A stretch of DNA of 62,973 bases, counting the filler, from Collodictyon triciliatum (taxonomy: Eukaryota): assembly GCA_043381765.1 (NCBI GenBank). It is 9 parts of 9 records of this genome, joined end to end, with 100 filler letters (N's around TTAATTAATTAA, not from the genome) between each part and the next. Parts side by side here need not be neighbours in the genome. Positions count along the whole stretch, not along the records: positions 15,133 to 20,563 come from JBHJMP010003887.1; positions 20,664 to 28,122 come from JBHJMP010003888.1; positions 28,223 to 35,679 come from JBHJMP010003889.1; 6 more parts are not named here. One strand, 5' to 3'. Of the stretch, positions 18,301 to 31,600 are shown piece after piece. A program made the translations under genes and the position numbers. Position 1 is the stretch's first letter. Each line of letters begins with the position of its first letter. The notes beneath the pieces are model-generated. The model was not told the origin of the DNA and did no database searches. It worked only from the letters and a program-made list of their open reading frames with translations.

Positions 18301-20563
18301 ATAAAAACATATGTATTGTCAGGAGATGTTTCACCCAAAGACTTTTGTAAAACACCACTATATCTACAGTGAGAGATATTATTTCCATTTAGTTCAGATA
18401 TAAGTCAACTGAATAATAAAAATATTCGAAATAAAATATTTGGTGCCCTTCAAATTATAGTGTATTTGGAAAATTATAATCAGCTGAATCGAAATGAGAA
18501 AGTGCGGTAAAAAGCAAACGGTCTCCATCCTCTGCGAACGATTCCAACGACTTTCCCAGTTGGTCGAATATCACCCTCACCTATCTCAGGCACTTTCTGC
18601 GAATCTGTGCGATTGTTTCATTATTTAATTTCCCGATACATTTTCGTTCGTAAAATTGGTGTAAAAAAAAAGGTGACAGATTTTCTTGAAGGATGTTGGA
18701 AAGTAACTCAGTAGAGAACTTCTTTGATATATATATATATAATTTGGATGTAAACTTGGGTCGTCAGCTTCGAAAATAAGCGCGGAAACTTGTCTCCATT
18801 TTTCTTTTGGTAGAACTTCAACAGCCACCTGAAATATTTTTATTACAAAAAAAAAAAAGCAGATTTTCCATCATAATAAAATTCATTCATACTTTCTGGG
18901 CATTCCTTTTAGAATCTACTACTGAAAAGCTGATTTGCTATTTCGATTGAGTGATTTTCGATTCTAAATAACTTGATAATCTCACCACGTCTCCTTCAAC
19001 AGCTCGATTTTGTAGCTGCCTACCAGGAATGAGGATCTCCTCGAACTTCTCGCTGTTAACGAAGGCTTCCAAAACGTTGGTTCTCGAAAAACGTATCTTC
19101 CCCTTTCAAATTAAGAGATTTTGAGCTTGATGCTTTGTGATTTATCAGACTCGCCTCATTTTTGGTCATGATGCTCTAAGTGCAAAGATCGTGAGCAAAA
19201 TAATTTCATACTTGAATATAATGACCAGATTTCAAACCAGCAGTTATCACTGATTGTGATTTGTGCTATTCAATAAAGAGGGTTGATTTTTTGTATTAGA
19301 ATAATATCTGCGAATTGAAATTTCATGAAATGAAAAAATCATTTAGTCCGATATTCGAGAACACATCTACAAATCCTAAAATCATCAACACTAATGCTCC
19401 TTCACCTCATCATATATACTATCGATTCCTTCATTCATATCATCAGGCTGCGTTATCCTGGATACCATATCAACAAAGTCCTCCTTGTTTGGAAGAAGTT
19501 GGACATAATCTTGAACTGCATAAATGTATTATTCATCAGGAATTGGATAAAATATATAAATTTAAAAACTGAAAATTTATGGAGTTTTTTTTTTTTTGAG
19601 ATTATGAGTCCAAATGTTACATGAAAAAATATTTCCTTTCGAAAACCATTCAAATGAAACTGATAATTTTTTTTTTTTTTTGGTCAGAGTGGAAATTTGT
19701 ACTTACTCGATACGCATGCTATTTTATCCTCTTGGGCAAGTCTCCGATTCTCCTTGTCATTGGAAACCAGGAAAACTTCACACCCAGTGCTCGAAAGATG
19801 ATTGGCATACCACTTTGCTGCTTTTCTAATAGCTTTATTCAAATTTTATTTTGAAGAAATAGGACGATATATGTGATATGATTTACTCAAGATTGATCAT
19901 GCAGAATGAGAAACATTAATAAACTCATGATAATGGAAGAAAAAAAAACTACCTCTATCGTTTCTATCATTCGGAGACTCTTTCGAATCGGTTGATATAT
20001 GGGTTTCTCTATTTTATTTTTATACAAAAAGAAAACCTCAGCTAATAATCACAAAGTTGCAAAGGAAGAAACTATCAAAAGAATTTGAATCCGTGAAAAA
20101 AAAATGTTTTTCTTGAGGTATTTCTTAATGTTGAGACGAAAAAAAAAACATTGGACATAGTCACGTTTTATATGTAATAATTTGAGGCTGTAATACATGT
20201 AATATATATCTCTGTTTTTTTATATAAAAGACTATAAAGATAATATCATGTACTCATCGATTCACGGATTCATTCCGTCATGAAACGTGTAGTTGTGTTC
20301 ATACATGTCAAGAAAGTATAATTGTATAAAAAATAAAAAAATGGGAAAAAAAAAGAGAGACAAATCAGCATAAAATGGGCGTTTTTTTTCTTTTCTGCAT
20401 CAGAGGGGTCACCAACCTGTGATGCTCATTCGGAAACAAATAGAAATGCTTATCAGGATTGAGCATGATTGTCTTCAGCTTGGAATACGTGGCCAGGCTG
20501 CGATGCTTGACCTCATCCAAGACCGTCTGCAGCACAACAACGCTGCGAATATCGGGGTGTTGA
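15368..20563 (-). CDS. DIS3: Exosome catalytic subunit DIS3/RRP44 (PIN + RNB); partial at both ends, multi-exon
   Basis: Spliced motifs [15 protein letters not shown]...[15 protein letters not shown] (PIN), [59 protein letters not shown] (RNB). Confidence 0.93.
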
Positions 20564-21377
20564 NNNNNNNNNNNNNNNNNNNNNNNNNNNNNNNNNNNNN
20601 NNNNNNNTTAATTAATTAANNNNNNNNNNNNNNNNNNNNNNNNNNNNNNNNNNNNNNNNNNNNATGCCACTTCCTCCGAACGCAGTTGTAAAACTTCATC
20701 GGGCTCCCGTATTAATATAAAAGAATGCGACGCAAACAAACACTTGTCTTTCCTCCAAAAAACCACAAGTCTGGCCCATAAAGCGCAAGATTTAAATCAC
20801 AGAACGGCCAAGGAAAACAGTCGTCGTTTGAATAAAAGAGAGCGCATCGAATGACAAACCCAGTTCTCTTACACTCCTATAATTGCTGCAACTTGTCACA
20901 GTAGCTCTTACGGTCCGTTGGAAAACAACTCGCCATCGCGCGGTATGAGATATGCATCTTTCGATAGGAGGATTAAGAGAGTATTGAGACGGAGTTACTG
21001 CACAGGAAGGTTGCCATCTAGCAGCAGAGGGCAGAAGAAAGGTTGCATAAAGAGTTCTTTTTTTTTTTTATTCTTCCATTCATTTTTGTGCGGGATGGTA
21101 GGTTGCGAAAAGAGATGAATTATATTCCAGACTCGTCGATGTGGTCTGCAAATAGCTCTTTGCTTTGATCGGCAAATGTAAGTCGTGTGGTGGCGGAGAG
21201 CTTTGTTACGGTGAAGGCGCCAGGATGATCACCCAGACTTTCCAGCAGTTGGTGCAAGAGAGTGGATTAACTTACAAAACCAAGAAAACCAAGAAAACCA
21301 AGAAAACCAAGAAAACCAAAAACACACTCGTACTAAGCAACTTTTCATTTTAATATGGGAACAGAAAACGGTTCTAC

Positions 21378-24300
21378 ATGGCTGGCAGACTCGATCTTCT
21401 TCAGCTGCAAAACCTGACCAAGAGGGATCCTGGAAGCTATCGGGATGAGGTTCTCGTGCAATGGAAACATTATCAGTCTCTTCTCAACCTCTTTTTACTC
21501 AAACCACAAGATCCCCTTGCACAACTTGATGAGCTTGTTCAGTTCTTCGGCCACGTAACTTTCTTTTAAACCTCTTATTTTCCCTCTTTTCTATCTGAAA
21601 TGTTCGACCTTATTTAATCAACGCCTTCTGTATCTTTTTGGAACTTCGCCTTATTTTCTTGTGAACCCACTCTCGTTTCACGCTTGCTGAACCCTTTACT
21701 CAGAGTTCCTTAAAGTTTGAACCTAGTGAATGGCGTTTAAAACTCTGCGAAGAATAAGGAAGTCTATAATTTTTTTTTATTATCAGTAATAATTTATGGT
21801 TATTCAATATTCTATATTCACTTAGGTTAGCTCACTATATAAGAAAGAAACGAGCGAGTTTCCAAAGCAGATAATGTCCATTCTTGAGACACATGCACCG
21901 GTATCTACTATAACAATATTACGCGTTTAATTTCTGTTATATGATATGTTAAATTTGTTACAATCGCACACATGCAATTTATGGAAACGATGACAACCAC
22001 AGAAATGATAATACATTCAATACTAAACCATAACAATCTCTTTGATTCATAATTCTTGCAACCTTTTCAGTAAAATCCAATCTATTTCGACATGTCGAAA
22101 TTACGTAACATAGATAATGCAGCCAGCTTTCAGAAAATCATGTATTCAGTGTCTCATATTGCTTAGGAACAAAGGAATAGTTACAAATATCGAGTATGTC
22201 AATATTCTTCTTAAAACCGCCAAAAAACAGTATTGAGCAATTTCGGAATATTGAGTACGCAGGGATGCTACACAAGTATAAATCATACTGAACAATGTTT
22301 ATTTACCGCAAATCTTTTTAGAATTCTTCCGCTGTTCTTTCAGATGTTTCGATGCCAAGACAAAACCTTGCGGGAGATGCTCTTTAACTACATCGTCTCT
22401 GACATAAAAAATGTAAACCAGAAGCACAAAAACCACAAACTCAACACCACCCTACAGAACTTTATGTATCAGATGGTGAAGGACCCCAACACAACAGCAG
22501 CCAATAAATCTCTTGACGTGATGATTTCACTGTATCGTAAAAATATTTGGTGAGTATAATGTTACTTGAGTACCTTAAAGTATCTGTTTATGATATGACA
22601 TTATGGTATCAATGGGATCTGAATAGAACCAAATATTTTTCTTAATTGCCACAGCAGCTCATTTATCTATGTATTTATTTATCTTGATAATATAATCTTC
22701 AGGACAAAATTGAAAAATAAAAAAAATGAAAAATTAGGAAGGACTCTAAAACAGTAAATGTTTTGGCCCTGGCATGCTTGTCAGAGGACCTCAAAATATC
22801 AGAAAAAGCTGTTCAATTTTTCCTTGATGCAGAAGACTCCCAGACTGAAGAAAATGATTCTGATAAAGATGTACAAATTCAACCGAAAAAATAATAATAG
22901 GAACATATTTTCATTCACCACTTTAAGCATAAACACCACAAGGATGTTTAATTTTAAAAATCAAATATGAAACAGGATTTGCCCACCGTTCTAGAGGTCG
23001 AGTCAGCCCAAAAACATGCAAAGAAAACAAAGAAACGCCAAAGAATCTTGGAGAAAATTAAACATGCTGTATGATTACCACTGAGATGAAGTCTTTTTTT
23101 ATATCAATTTTGCCATACCAATGGTCCCCCATTATATTATGTTGACAATCAATTCAAGGACTGATATAAACACGATTAAAATAACACAAGACAAACAAAC
23201 AAAATAATGATTAGAATAAGAGGAAGGAGAAGTTGAAAGATAGAGCAGGGAACTCTAGAGTTTTTCCAGCCCTCTTGATGATTAATGACCCACAAGGTTC
23301 AGCATTCTTATTACCTTTAGTATTCTGCAATTATTACGCATGCCAAATAATTTATTCAATATGTCTTTATCGTGAATGTTTGTTTTGTTTCATAATATGC
23401 AATCACTCCGTAATTATTAGGCATGTGCGAAAAGTTATTCTTAAGACTGAAAAAAAGCTCCAGTAAGTTTGAGGTAAAACAATGTTACATTTCAGGATTA
23501 TCAATATATACTCCCTTTTTTCTTTTCAGTTTTACATACTAAAAGTTAAGGTACAACCACGCGTCACTGTATCTCAGAAATGTCGTTTTCTCTCACAACA
23601 GCTGATAATTGTTTATCCAAAATTATTTTGTTAGATTCGAGTACAAATGATGAACTTGATATCTCGCCTGATTGCAACACATAAGCTTCTTGAATTAAAC
23701 TTCTACCCATATATGCAAAAGTATCTACAACCCCATCAAAAAGGTTTTTTTCATCTTCAATTCGTATCTGGTAGAATCTCTCTATTTATTTCCCTCTCAC
23801 TTATCTGACAATCCTTTCCAAGGACATATCAACGAGATACTTATTTATGTACTGTAATACAGAGATTACGCTTCTGTTGGCAATCACATCTCAGGCTTGT
23901 CACGACCTTGTACCACCTGAGGTGATCGAACCTCTAGTCAAGTGCCTGGCCGATAATTTTGTATCTGATAGATGCACACCAGCAGCGATGTCGATAGGGT
24001 AAAATAAAGATTTTTTTTCATCAAAAGAGGGTTACTATGACAAAGCGATAAATTTCGGATGGTAAACCAAGAAAAAATTATTGTTTATAGAGTCAACTCA
24101 AGAAGATGATAAAAATAAACAAAAAAAATTTCCAAATTACATCCAGGTGAGAATCACTATTTAATACCATTTTGTGGACAGCTTAAATACTATTAGAGAA
24201 ATCTGTCTTCGATGTCCCTTATGCATGAATGAAACTTTGTTGAGAGATCTTGGTAAATAGAAAAATTGCCGGTGTGGCTTCCTATAAAATTGATATTTAC

Positions 24301-26177
24301 AGAATTTAATATCTGATTCATGTAGTCTGCAATTAAAATAGATTACTTTACTTGTAATGTCTCATAATAACACTTAAAGCATTTGTCCTATTAAGGCTTT
24401 TGACATGCTACTTAAAAAGAAAATTTTAGTTCAGTACAAAAACTATAAGGACAAAAGTGTATCAATGGCAGCAAAGTCACTTATAACAGTATATCGCGCA
24501 CTAAATCCTGCACTCCTTCACAAGAAAGATAGAGTAATTTTCAATATTGATGTTTATGTATCCTCTAAACTGTGTTTTATGTCATGGTTATTCACTCCGC
24601 CCCTCTTATGAAAGTTGCTTCTGATTGCAAAGCATATACGTATGTATTGAAGATATATATGTAGCACTGCTATCACAACAATCAATGGTTAGATAAATGA
24701 ACATATTTTAGTGAATCTTACAGTGCTTAATTGCTCTATGAATATATCATATTTTCAGGGAAGAGATTCCAATGTTGATGCACCAACTATTGTATACGGA
24801 CAGCAACGTATATTTTCTTCTATCCCTGGGATTGAACTGGTTCAAGAGGATGAACTCGGTGAGTAAATGCGCAATTTTCCCTTTCATAAGACAGCTCTAT
24901 TGTCTGCAATATTCACATCACTTAGAATTATGTAATCAACGATGTACACTATCAAGTGTGGTTCTTAGTATTTACTGTATTTTTTTTTATATGCAAAGCA
25001 CCTTTGAATGATTCTCCTGATGATTATTTCTTAATAGCTAATCCCGACGACGACGAGGCTTGGAAAGAAAAACTTAAATCGAAAAAGAGAAAACTGTCCG
25101 GAAAAGGTCGCAAAGGCGGCAAGGATGAGGATGATGAGGATGACGACGATGATGACGATGATGACGACGAAGAGGAAATTGAAGAATTACTTGGTTCTGA
25201 TGAAGAGATTAATCTATCTGACCTGGGCAGCGATGATTTTGAAGTAATTAAGGAAGGCAGTGACCTCGAAGGCAGTGATGAATATGAGGACCTTTCTGAT
25301 GACGAAGGCGAAAACGAAGATGACGATGAAGATGAAGACGAAGACGAGGATGAAGATAATGAGGGTGATGAGGAAGAAAACGAAGAAAATGACAGCGGGA
25401 AAGAAGAAAAGAAAATTAGGTAACTGCTTAATTCAGTGTACTAAACCAATGCCTAGTTTATATCACCTCTTTCGCGTATCATAACTACAATTTATCATAA
25501 CGAGATTTTATTTATCACTAAAGCAATATTTATAGTAAGCCTCAGCTACCCGCCAGACACCAAAAGAAGGGACCTACATCAAGCTACAAAAGCAAACTTA
25601 CTCGTAATTATAGTCGCAAATCCCTCTTAATAAGCAGAATATATGTGCGAGAGCATATTTTTATATAACTTTCTAACTGTGGGTTATTTCCAACGCAATA
25701 TATTTCATTTCCTTTTGTGCGTTATATTGCCAGTTCTAACATTGTACACAATATCTAAATTCAATGTAGAATATATCTCCAACAAAAAACAAAAGCCAGT
25801 GGGGAAAAAAGGCAAAAGACACACTGATGAAGGTGAATATGAAGATGTCAGCGACGAATATGAGGATTTGAGCGACGAATACGAGAGTATACCAAGTGAA
25901 GACGAGGGAGGAGATGAGCCTACGCCCTCTGCACTCGAAAGAGGGACTAATTCCTCAAAACCGAAGTTTTCTATACCAGAGAGACCATTATCCACGTCTG
26001 ATTCGTCAGGCATTAAAGTGGACACCAAGTCGGCGAAGGCAAAGTCAGAGAGCAAACTCGAGGCTAAGAAGAAAGCTAGTGAAACAGACTCACAAACGTC
26101 AAGGTAATTTTGTCATATTGACAAGAGTACGCCATAATGAAACCTTAAGCGAGAGACGAATAACGAAACATACGGAA

Positions 26178-26209
<32 letters not shown>

Positions 26210-26221
26210 AACAACAACCCC

Positions 26222-26260
<39 letters not shown>

Positions 26261-27600
26261 GAAATATACATCATCATCCCTTGTTATAACTACATAACAT
26301 TGAATTCATTTAATTTTGATTACTTCTAGCGTGGCAAACTCAACAACCAGCCAGACTCGCTCCCTTCCAATTGAAGCAACTAGAGTAAGGACCAACCTTA
26401 GCCTTACATAAACGTCTCATCGATGCTTTAAAATCTGATATGAGAGAGATTTTTTTTTGAAATGCTAATATCATACAGAAACAAAAACAAAAATCTATAT
26501 TGAAGAATTTAAATGTAAAATGCAACAGATTCTGACGCCCAAGGACTTTGAATTGATCAAGAAGAAGCAGAAGAAGCAAAAGCTCGAAGGGCTGATGGCG
26601 ACAAAACGTGGTCTAAAAGGAAAGGATATGTAATTTTTTTTCGTTTTTGTTTTCGTTTTTCTTCCCTTGTTCGTTTTTTTGTGGCAAATAACAATAATAA
26701 ATAAAAAGAAATATCAAAATTCTAACATATTCAACTTAAATAGTGACGAGGACGATATTTCAGACGACGAGGCTATACTCGACCCATCAGAGAGGTAACC
26801 ATCAAATTGTCTAAGTTTTGAAGCATTCGCATCGCCCATATATATTCACATAATGCATTTTCCTTCAAATCCACACCCTAATTTTTTAATGGTTGGCTCT
26901 CAGAGTGGATGTTGGAGGAATTGAGCCATACAAACTTAAAGTCAAACGCAATTTGGAGATGAGATTGGCAAGCATTCAGGTAAAGCCTGGTTTCTGCATA
27001 AAATAAATAAGGGTTAAAAAATCAAGCGGATACTTCTATGCATATCGCCTTCAAAACGATGAACAATAACCTTTCCTCCTCTTTATTTTTCTCACTCTTA
27101 AATGTCGCATTACAGAAAGGGCGCGAAGACCGTGAAAAGTTCGGTTACAAAAAGAACAAGGGAGGTGGCTCGACGAACAAGGTTCAAAAGATTATCACGA
27201 TTGTATAGCCCGTGGAGAGACCATTTGATGATGATATCTTTTAGAATTATTGAATAAGTGGCGTCCGGTATTGTAATTTTTTTCCATGCAAATTATCTAA
27301 TATCAGTATCATTCTTTGACCGAAAATAGGAAAAACTGAAATCGAAGCCATTTGTGCTTCAGAAGCAAAAGCGCGAAATCCGAGGAAAGCATTTGCGTTC
27401 ATCCAAGGAAAAACAGGTATTCTTCGCACGCTTATTTTGTATAGACAACAAATATGTTTGTCTATTCTGTTCTCCACCCTTTGAAAGAGCTGGGTTGTTG
27501 TTTTCAGAAAACGTAGACACGTTTTGATGAGCATTAACCTTCATTTCAGAAATCGCGTCGAGCGCATATGAGAAGGCTTAAGTCCAAAATGAAGAAGTAA
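21378..27600 (+). CDS. SDA1: SDA1 homolog (60S ribosome biogenesis); multi-exon with acidic low-complexity region
   Basis: [118 protein letters not shown] 27598-27600. Confidence 0.93.
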
Positions 27601-28021
27601 AACGTCTCTTGGAAACAAGTCCAAATCATAATAAATAAAAAAAAGCAGAAAGTAAATCTAGAATCCATGAAGCCTGTATTCAATATATTAAAATTACTTA
27701 AGAGAATAAATTCGAGAACTCTTGATGTTGGTGTGAATACTTTGTGTGCCAAGTCAACAGAAGAAAATAGAAACCTTGCTTGGAGGCCCACTCTGATGAA
27801 TCGCTTATACAGTTATTACCGGGTCACTCCGCCATAAAGGTAACGAGAAGTTCAAAATTGCCAACATCTCCACCATCCTGCACAAAATTGAAAGGAAGAA
27901 TTATTTTTTTTAAAAAAAACGAGAAGTTCAAAATTAGATGAATGAAAAATAAAATACATTGAAGAACTCATCCCTGGGACATGCTAGATCTGAAACTCAG
28001 CCAATCTGACATTTCCAACTT

Positions 28022-28222
28022 CATACATACATACATACATACATACATACATACATACATACATACATACATACATACATACATACATACATACATACAT
28101 ACATACATACATACATACATACNNNNNNNNNNNNNNNNNNNNNNNNNNNNNNNNNNNNNNNNNNNNTTAATTAATTAANNNNNNNNNNNNNNNNNNNNNN
28201 NNNNNNNNNNNNNNNNNNNNNN

Positions 28223-28299
<77 letters not shown>

Positions 28300-28335
28300 C
28301 ATAATCATAATCATAATCATAATAATAATAATAAT
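28022..28335. repeat. (CATA)n and (TAA)n microsatellites on either side of a linker
   Basis: Directly visible at the ends of two different contigs. Confidence 0.9.
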
Positions 28336-28605
28336 GGGGCGTTCCTATGACTAACATTAAATCTGACATATTAAAAAAAATCAATTTTTCTATGTAATTT
28401 TATGAAAACATATTTATTCAAAGTCAAAAGGAATTTGCCTATGGGCTCCTAAATATGTATTTAATTCTCTTTCTTTATTCAACCAACTCGTGCTGGTGAG
28501 GAAAAAAAGCAGTCTCAAAAGATTTTGACAGAAGTATTTGAGCGCTCATAGAAATTCAGGTGCGAGTAGATAAATCCTAGAGATTTCGTCATTACATGAG
28601 GTAGA

Positions 28606-31600
28606 TTATGCTGTTTCAGATAACGCTGTCCACACCGGAGATGTAACTTCCCTTGCAATCGCATAGTTTGGCTTCTCCCACCTCATACCGATATCATTCT
28701 TTGCCAAACGATCAACCTGTTTCTGACATCCTCTCTATTATGAGGATTTTACATTACATTGTTTGTATGAGATGGGATAAGGGTTATGTCAGGATACAAA
28801 ACAGAAACAAACGAAAAGCGTGCATACCAAAAAGGAACAAAAGAGAACTAGAATAACCTGTCTATCTTTATCCACTTCCATCAACACTTCATCCACGTCG
28901 ATAGGGTCTTCATCTAACGACTTGTGAGGGACAAAATATCGCTCGTATGCAATAAAACATAATCCGTTGAAAATTGCAATGAACCAAAGACCCCACCTTG
29001 ATTGAGTATGTGGGGTGATGTTTAGAATCTATCACATGTGCACGATGTGTATATCGTATAATATCTGGGAGAGTACATTCAAATAAACAATTATTGAAGC
29101 TGTTCAACATGTATGGAATCAAAAGATGGAGTAAAAGAGAATGACGAGATGATGATAATGAGGAAAAGGAAGAGGAAAAGGAAAAGGAAAAGGAAGAGGA
29201 AAAGGAAAAGGAAAAGGAAAAGGAAAAGGAAAAGGAAAAGGAAAAGGAAAAGGAAAAGGAAAAGGAAAAGGAAAAGGAAAAGGAAAAGGAAAAGGAAAAA
29301 GAAAAGGAAATGTAATGAGGAGTTTTCATTCTTCTGACTGACAATTACCGAGTGGAACTTTTTAAATTCACTAAATCAAATTTGTCCTTGACCCAGTCAG
29401 ATTGACTAATCGATATGATTATTTTTTTTAGTGTTCGAAAATGAAAACATCGAGGATTGGACACAAAGTTGCTTCAATTTAATTAACTCTATGCTAATAA
29501 TATTATCATAATCATCGTAACCATTAATATATAAATATTAAAAGTGGGTATATTATTATTTCGAAAAAATGTCGATTTTTTTGTTTTAAGAGACAAACTT
29601 CAATAATAATAGTGAATTAGTGACTAGCTCTGCCAAGTAAAGCAATAGTAGAGGTAGATTCTGCTTGAGGGGCTGTCGAAAAACTCCAAAGCTCTGACTA
29701 AGAGTGAGCCCAACGAAAGTGTATTGAAAATTGGAGAATAAGAATGCCTCTGTCGTGTCTGCATTAAACGAGTCATCTGTGTCATCATTAGGCTCTTCAT
29801 ACCTGCCTACAGTTAATGATAAATTGTGATATATACTAACTCATCCCTGAGACGCAAAAACAAAAAAAATTATGTATCAATTCTGCACCCTTGAGGGCAT
29901 ATTCAAATATTGACCATGAAGGCAGAATTATGTAAATTTGGATACAGTAGCGCAATTAAAGGACTTTTGATTAAAAGAGTTACTAGTAGTATGCAAATAC
30001 TCATTGGCTGCAATCTGGAAGCAAACTATGAGCAAGGCAAATCCGAAGATTGAGCGAAATATTGTGATGGAAACCAAATCTGGTTCGGGTCGGCCCCGTG
30101 TTAAGGTGTCCCTCGCATTTATCATGGGTGTCAATACCGCGATAGGTAATGCCAAAACTATATTTATTGATCAAAGAAAGAATTACAAATTACGTCTTCG
30201 AAAAAAAAAAAAAGAAGTTACAAACGCATATTCCCATTTAACATCACAAACGCAAATTAAAAGGAAACAAATAAGATCGTGCATGAAATCTCGTCAAAAA
30301 TGGTACAGTAATCGAGTACCTAAGTCAGCCCAAAGATACTGGAGGTCGGCAAATTCAAGAGAGTTCTTGTATATAGTCGACACAGCGGTAAACTGAATCA
30401 AACCATAGCAAAACATAAACCGGAAAATACCAAAGGTAGATACGATGCAACAACGACCTTCCAAGAGAAGCTCAGTAACCTATATTTTACCGATAATGTT
30501 TTGTTTCAAGATTTTCTTTGTTAAAGAATACATATGATGTAGTTTAGACTATCATGTTGGTCGAAAGTTGAAAGTCTTGAATCTTGTAGAGTCTAATTAG
30601 AAATCATAAATACATACAGCACCGATATGATGAATTGGAGTAGAAAATGGTGCAGCAACTGAAAGTGACTGGCTATCTCCTGTTTGTTCAGTATGTTCCA
30701 TCTTCTTAGGCTGTATACTAAGACCAATATCAGCTGATTTTAAAGCACCAGAGTCATTAGCACCATCACCGGTCCTAAACATTTCGTGAATTAATTTTAA
30801 TTATGTTTTTTTAAATAATTACATGTATTTTTTTTTTTTTATCAAAATGCAGTTAAAAGACCGACTCCACTACAAATACAGCTTTTCTATGAAAGGAAGG
30901 CGTCATATTTTATGATACAATCAAAAGCTACATGCAAACAGCAAAATTGAGCTCTTGTAGGCCACGCATCAAATCTTCTTTATTTTTAGGCGTCATTCGA
31001 GCAAATATGTTGGCACGAGCAAGCACCAGATGATACGGTGTCAAAGGAAGAATATATTGATAGTCTTTTTTTCGGTCTCGAAAAATTTTCTGGAGGATGT
31101 CACTGATTTAATTATACCAATAAAGTAAATGTGTGTTAGTAAAATTCTTTAAAAATATAGTACAGGGAACTAAAACGAAATAAATATGTTTTCATCTTTT
31201 ATGAAAAAAAAATGCAGATGACGAGAAAGGAATTACAAAACGACGTTCCGTTGTTCTTCAGCGCGGCGGGGTTCCTCAGTTTTCTTTTTTAAAAGCACTG
31301 CATGCTCAGCCTGGAGGAAGGAAAAGGCATTTCCTGTCACGACCAAATCAATTTTTTGTAAAGATTCGTCGATCATGTGTCCAAGTTCATTTGGTTTTAC
31401 TTTCAAAACGTGATGTGGAGATTTTAGGTCTGTCGGAGTTGTATCCAACAATATGCAATCTTGATGAAGAGATTTGTAACGGAGGAAGGACTGGAAGTCG
31501 CATCTGATCGAGGGATTTATGATATCTTCCATGACGAGCGTAGGGCTGACCCTACTGTTTGTTTGTAAATCAAGAAGGAAAGTCCTTCTTGATGGTCTTA

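Noticed and set aside
21002-21027. CAGG...AGCAG as SRP RNA helix 8
   Set aside because: Lacks the GNRA tetraloop and proper stem
25037-26103. Long Asp/Glu-rich exons as a separate gene
   Set aside because: They splice in frame into SDA1, which normally has an acidic low-complexity region
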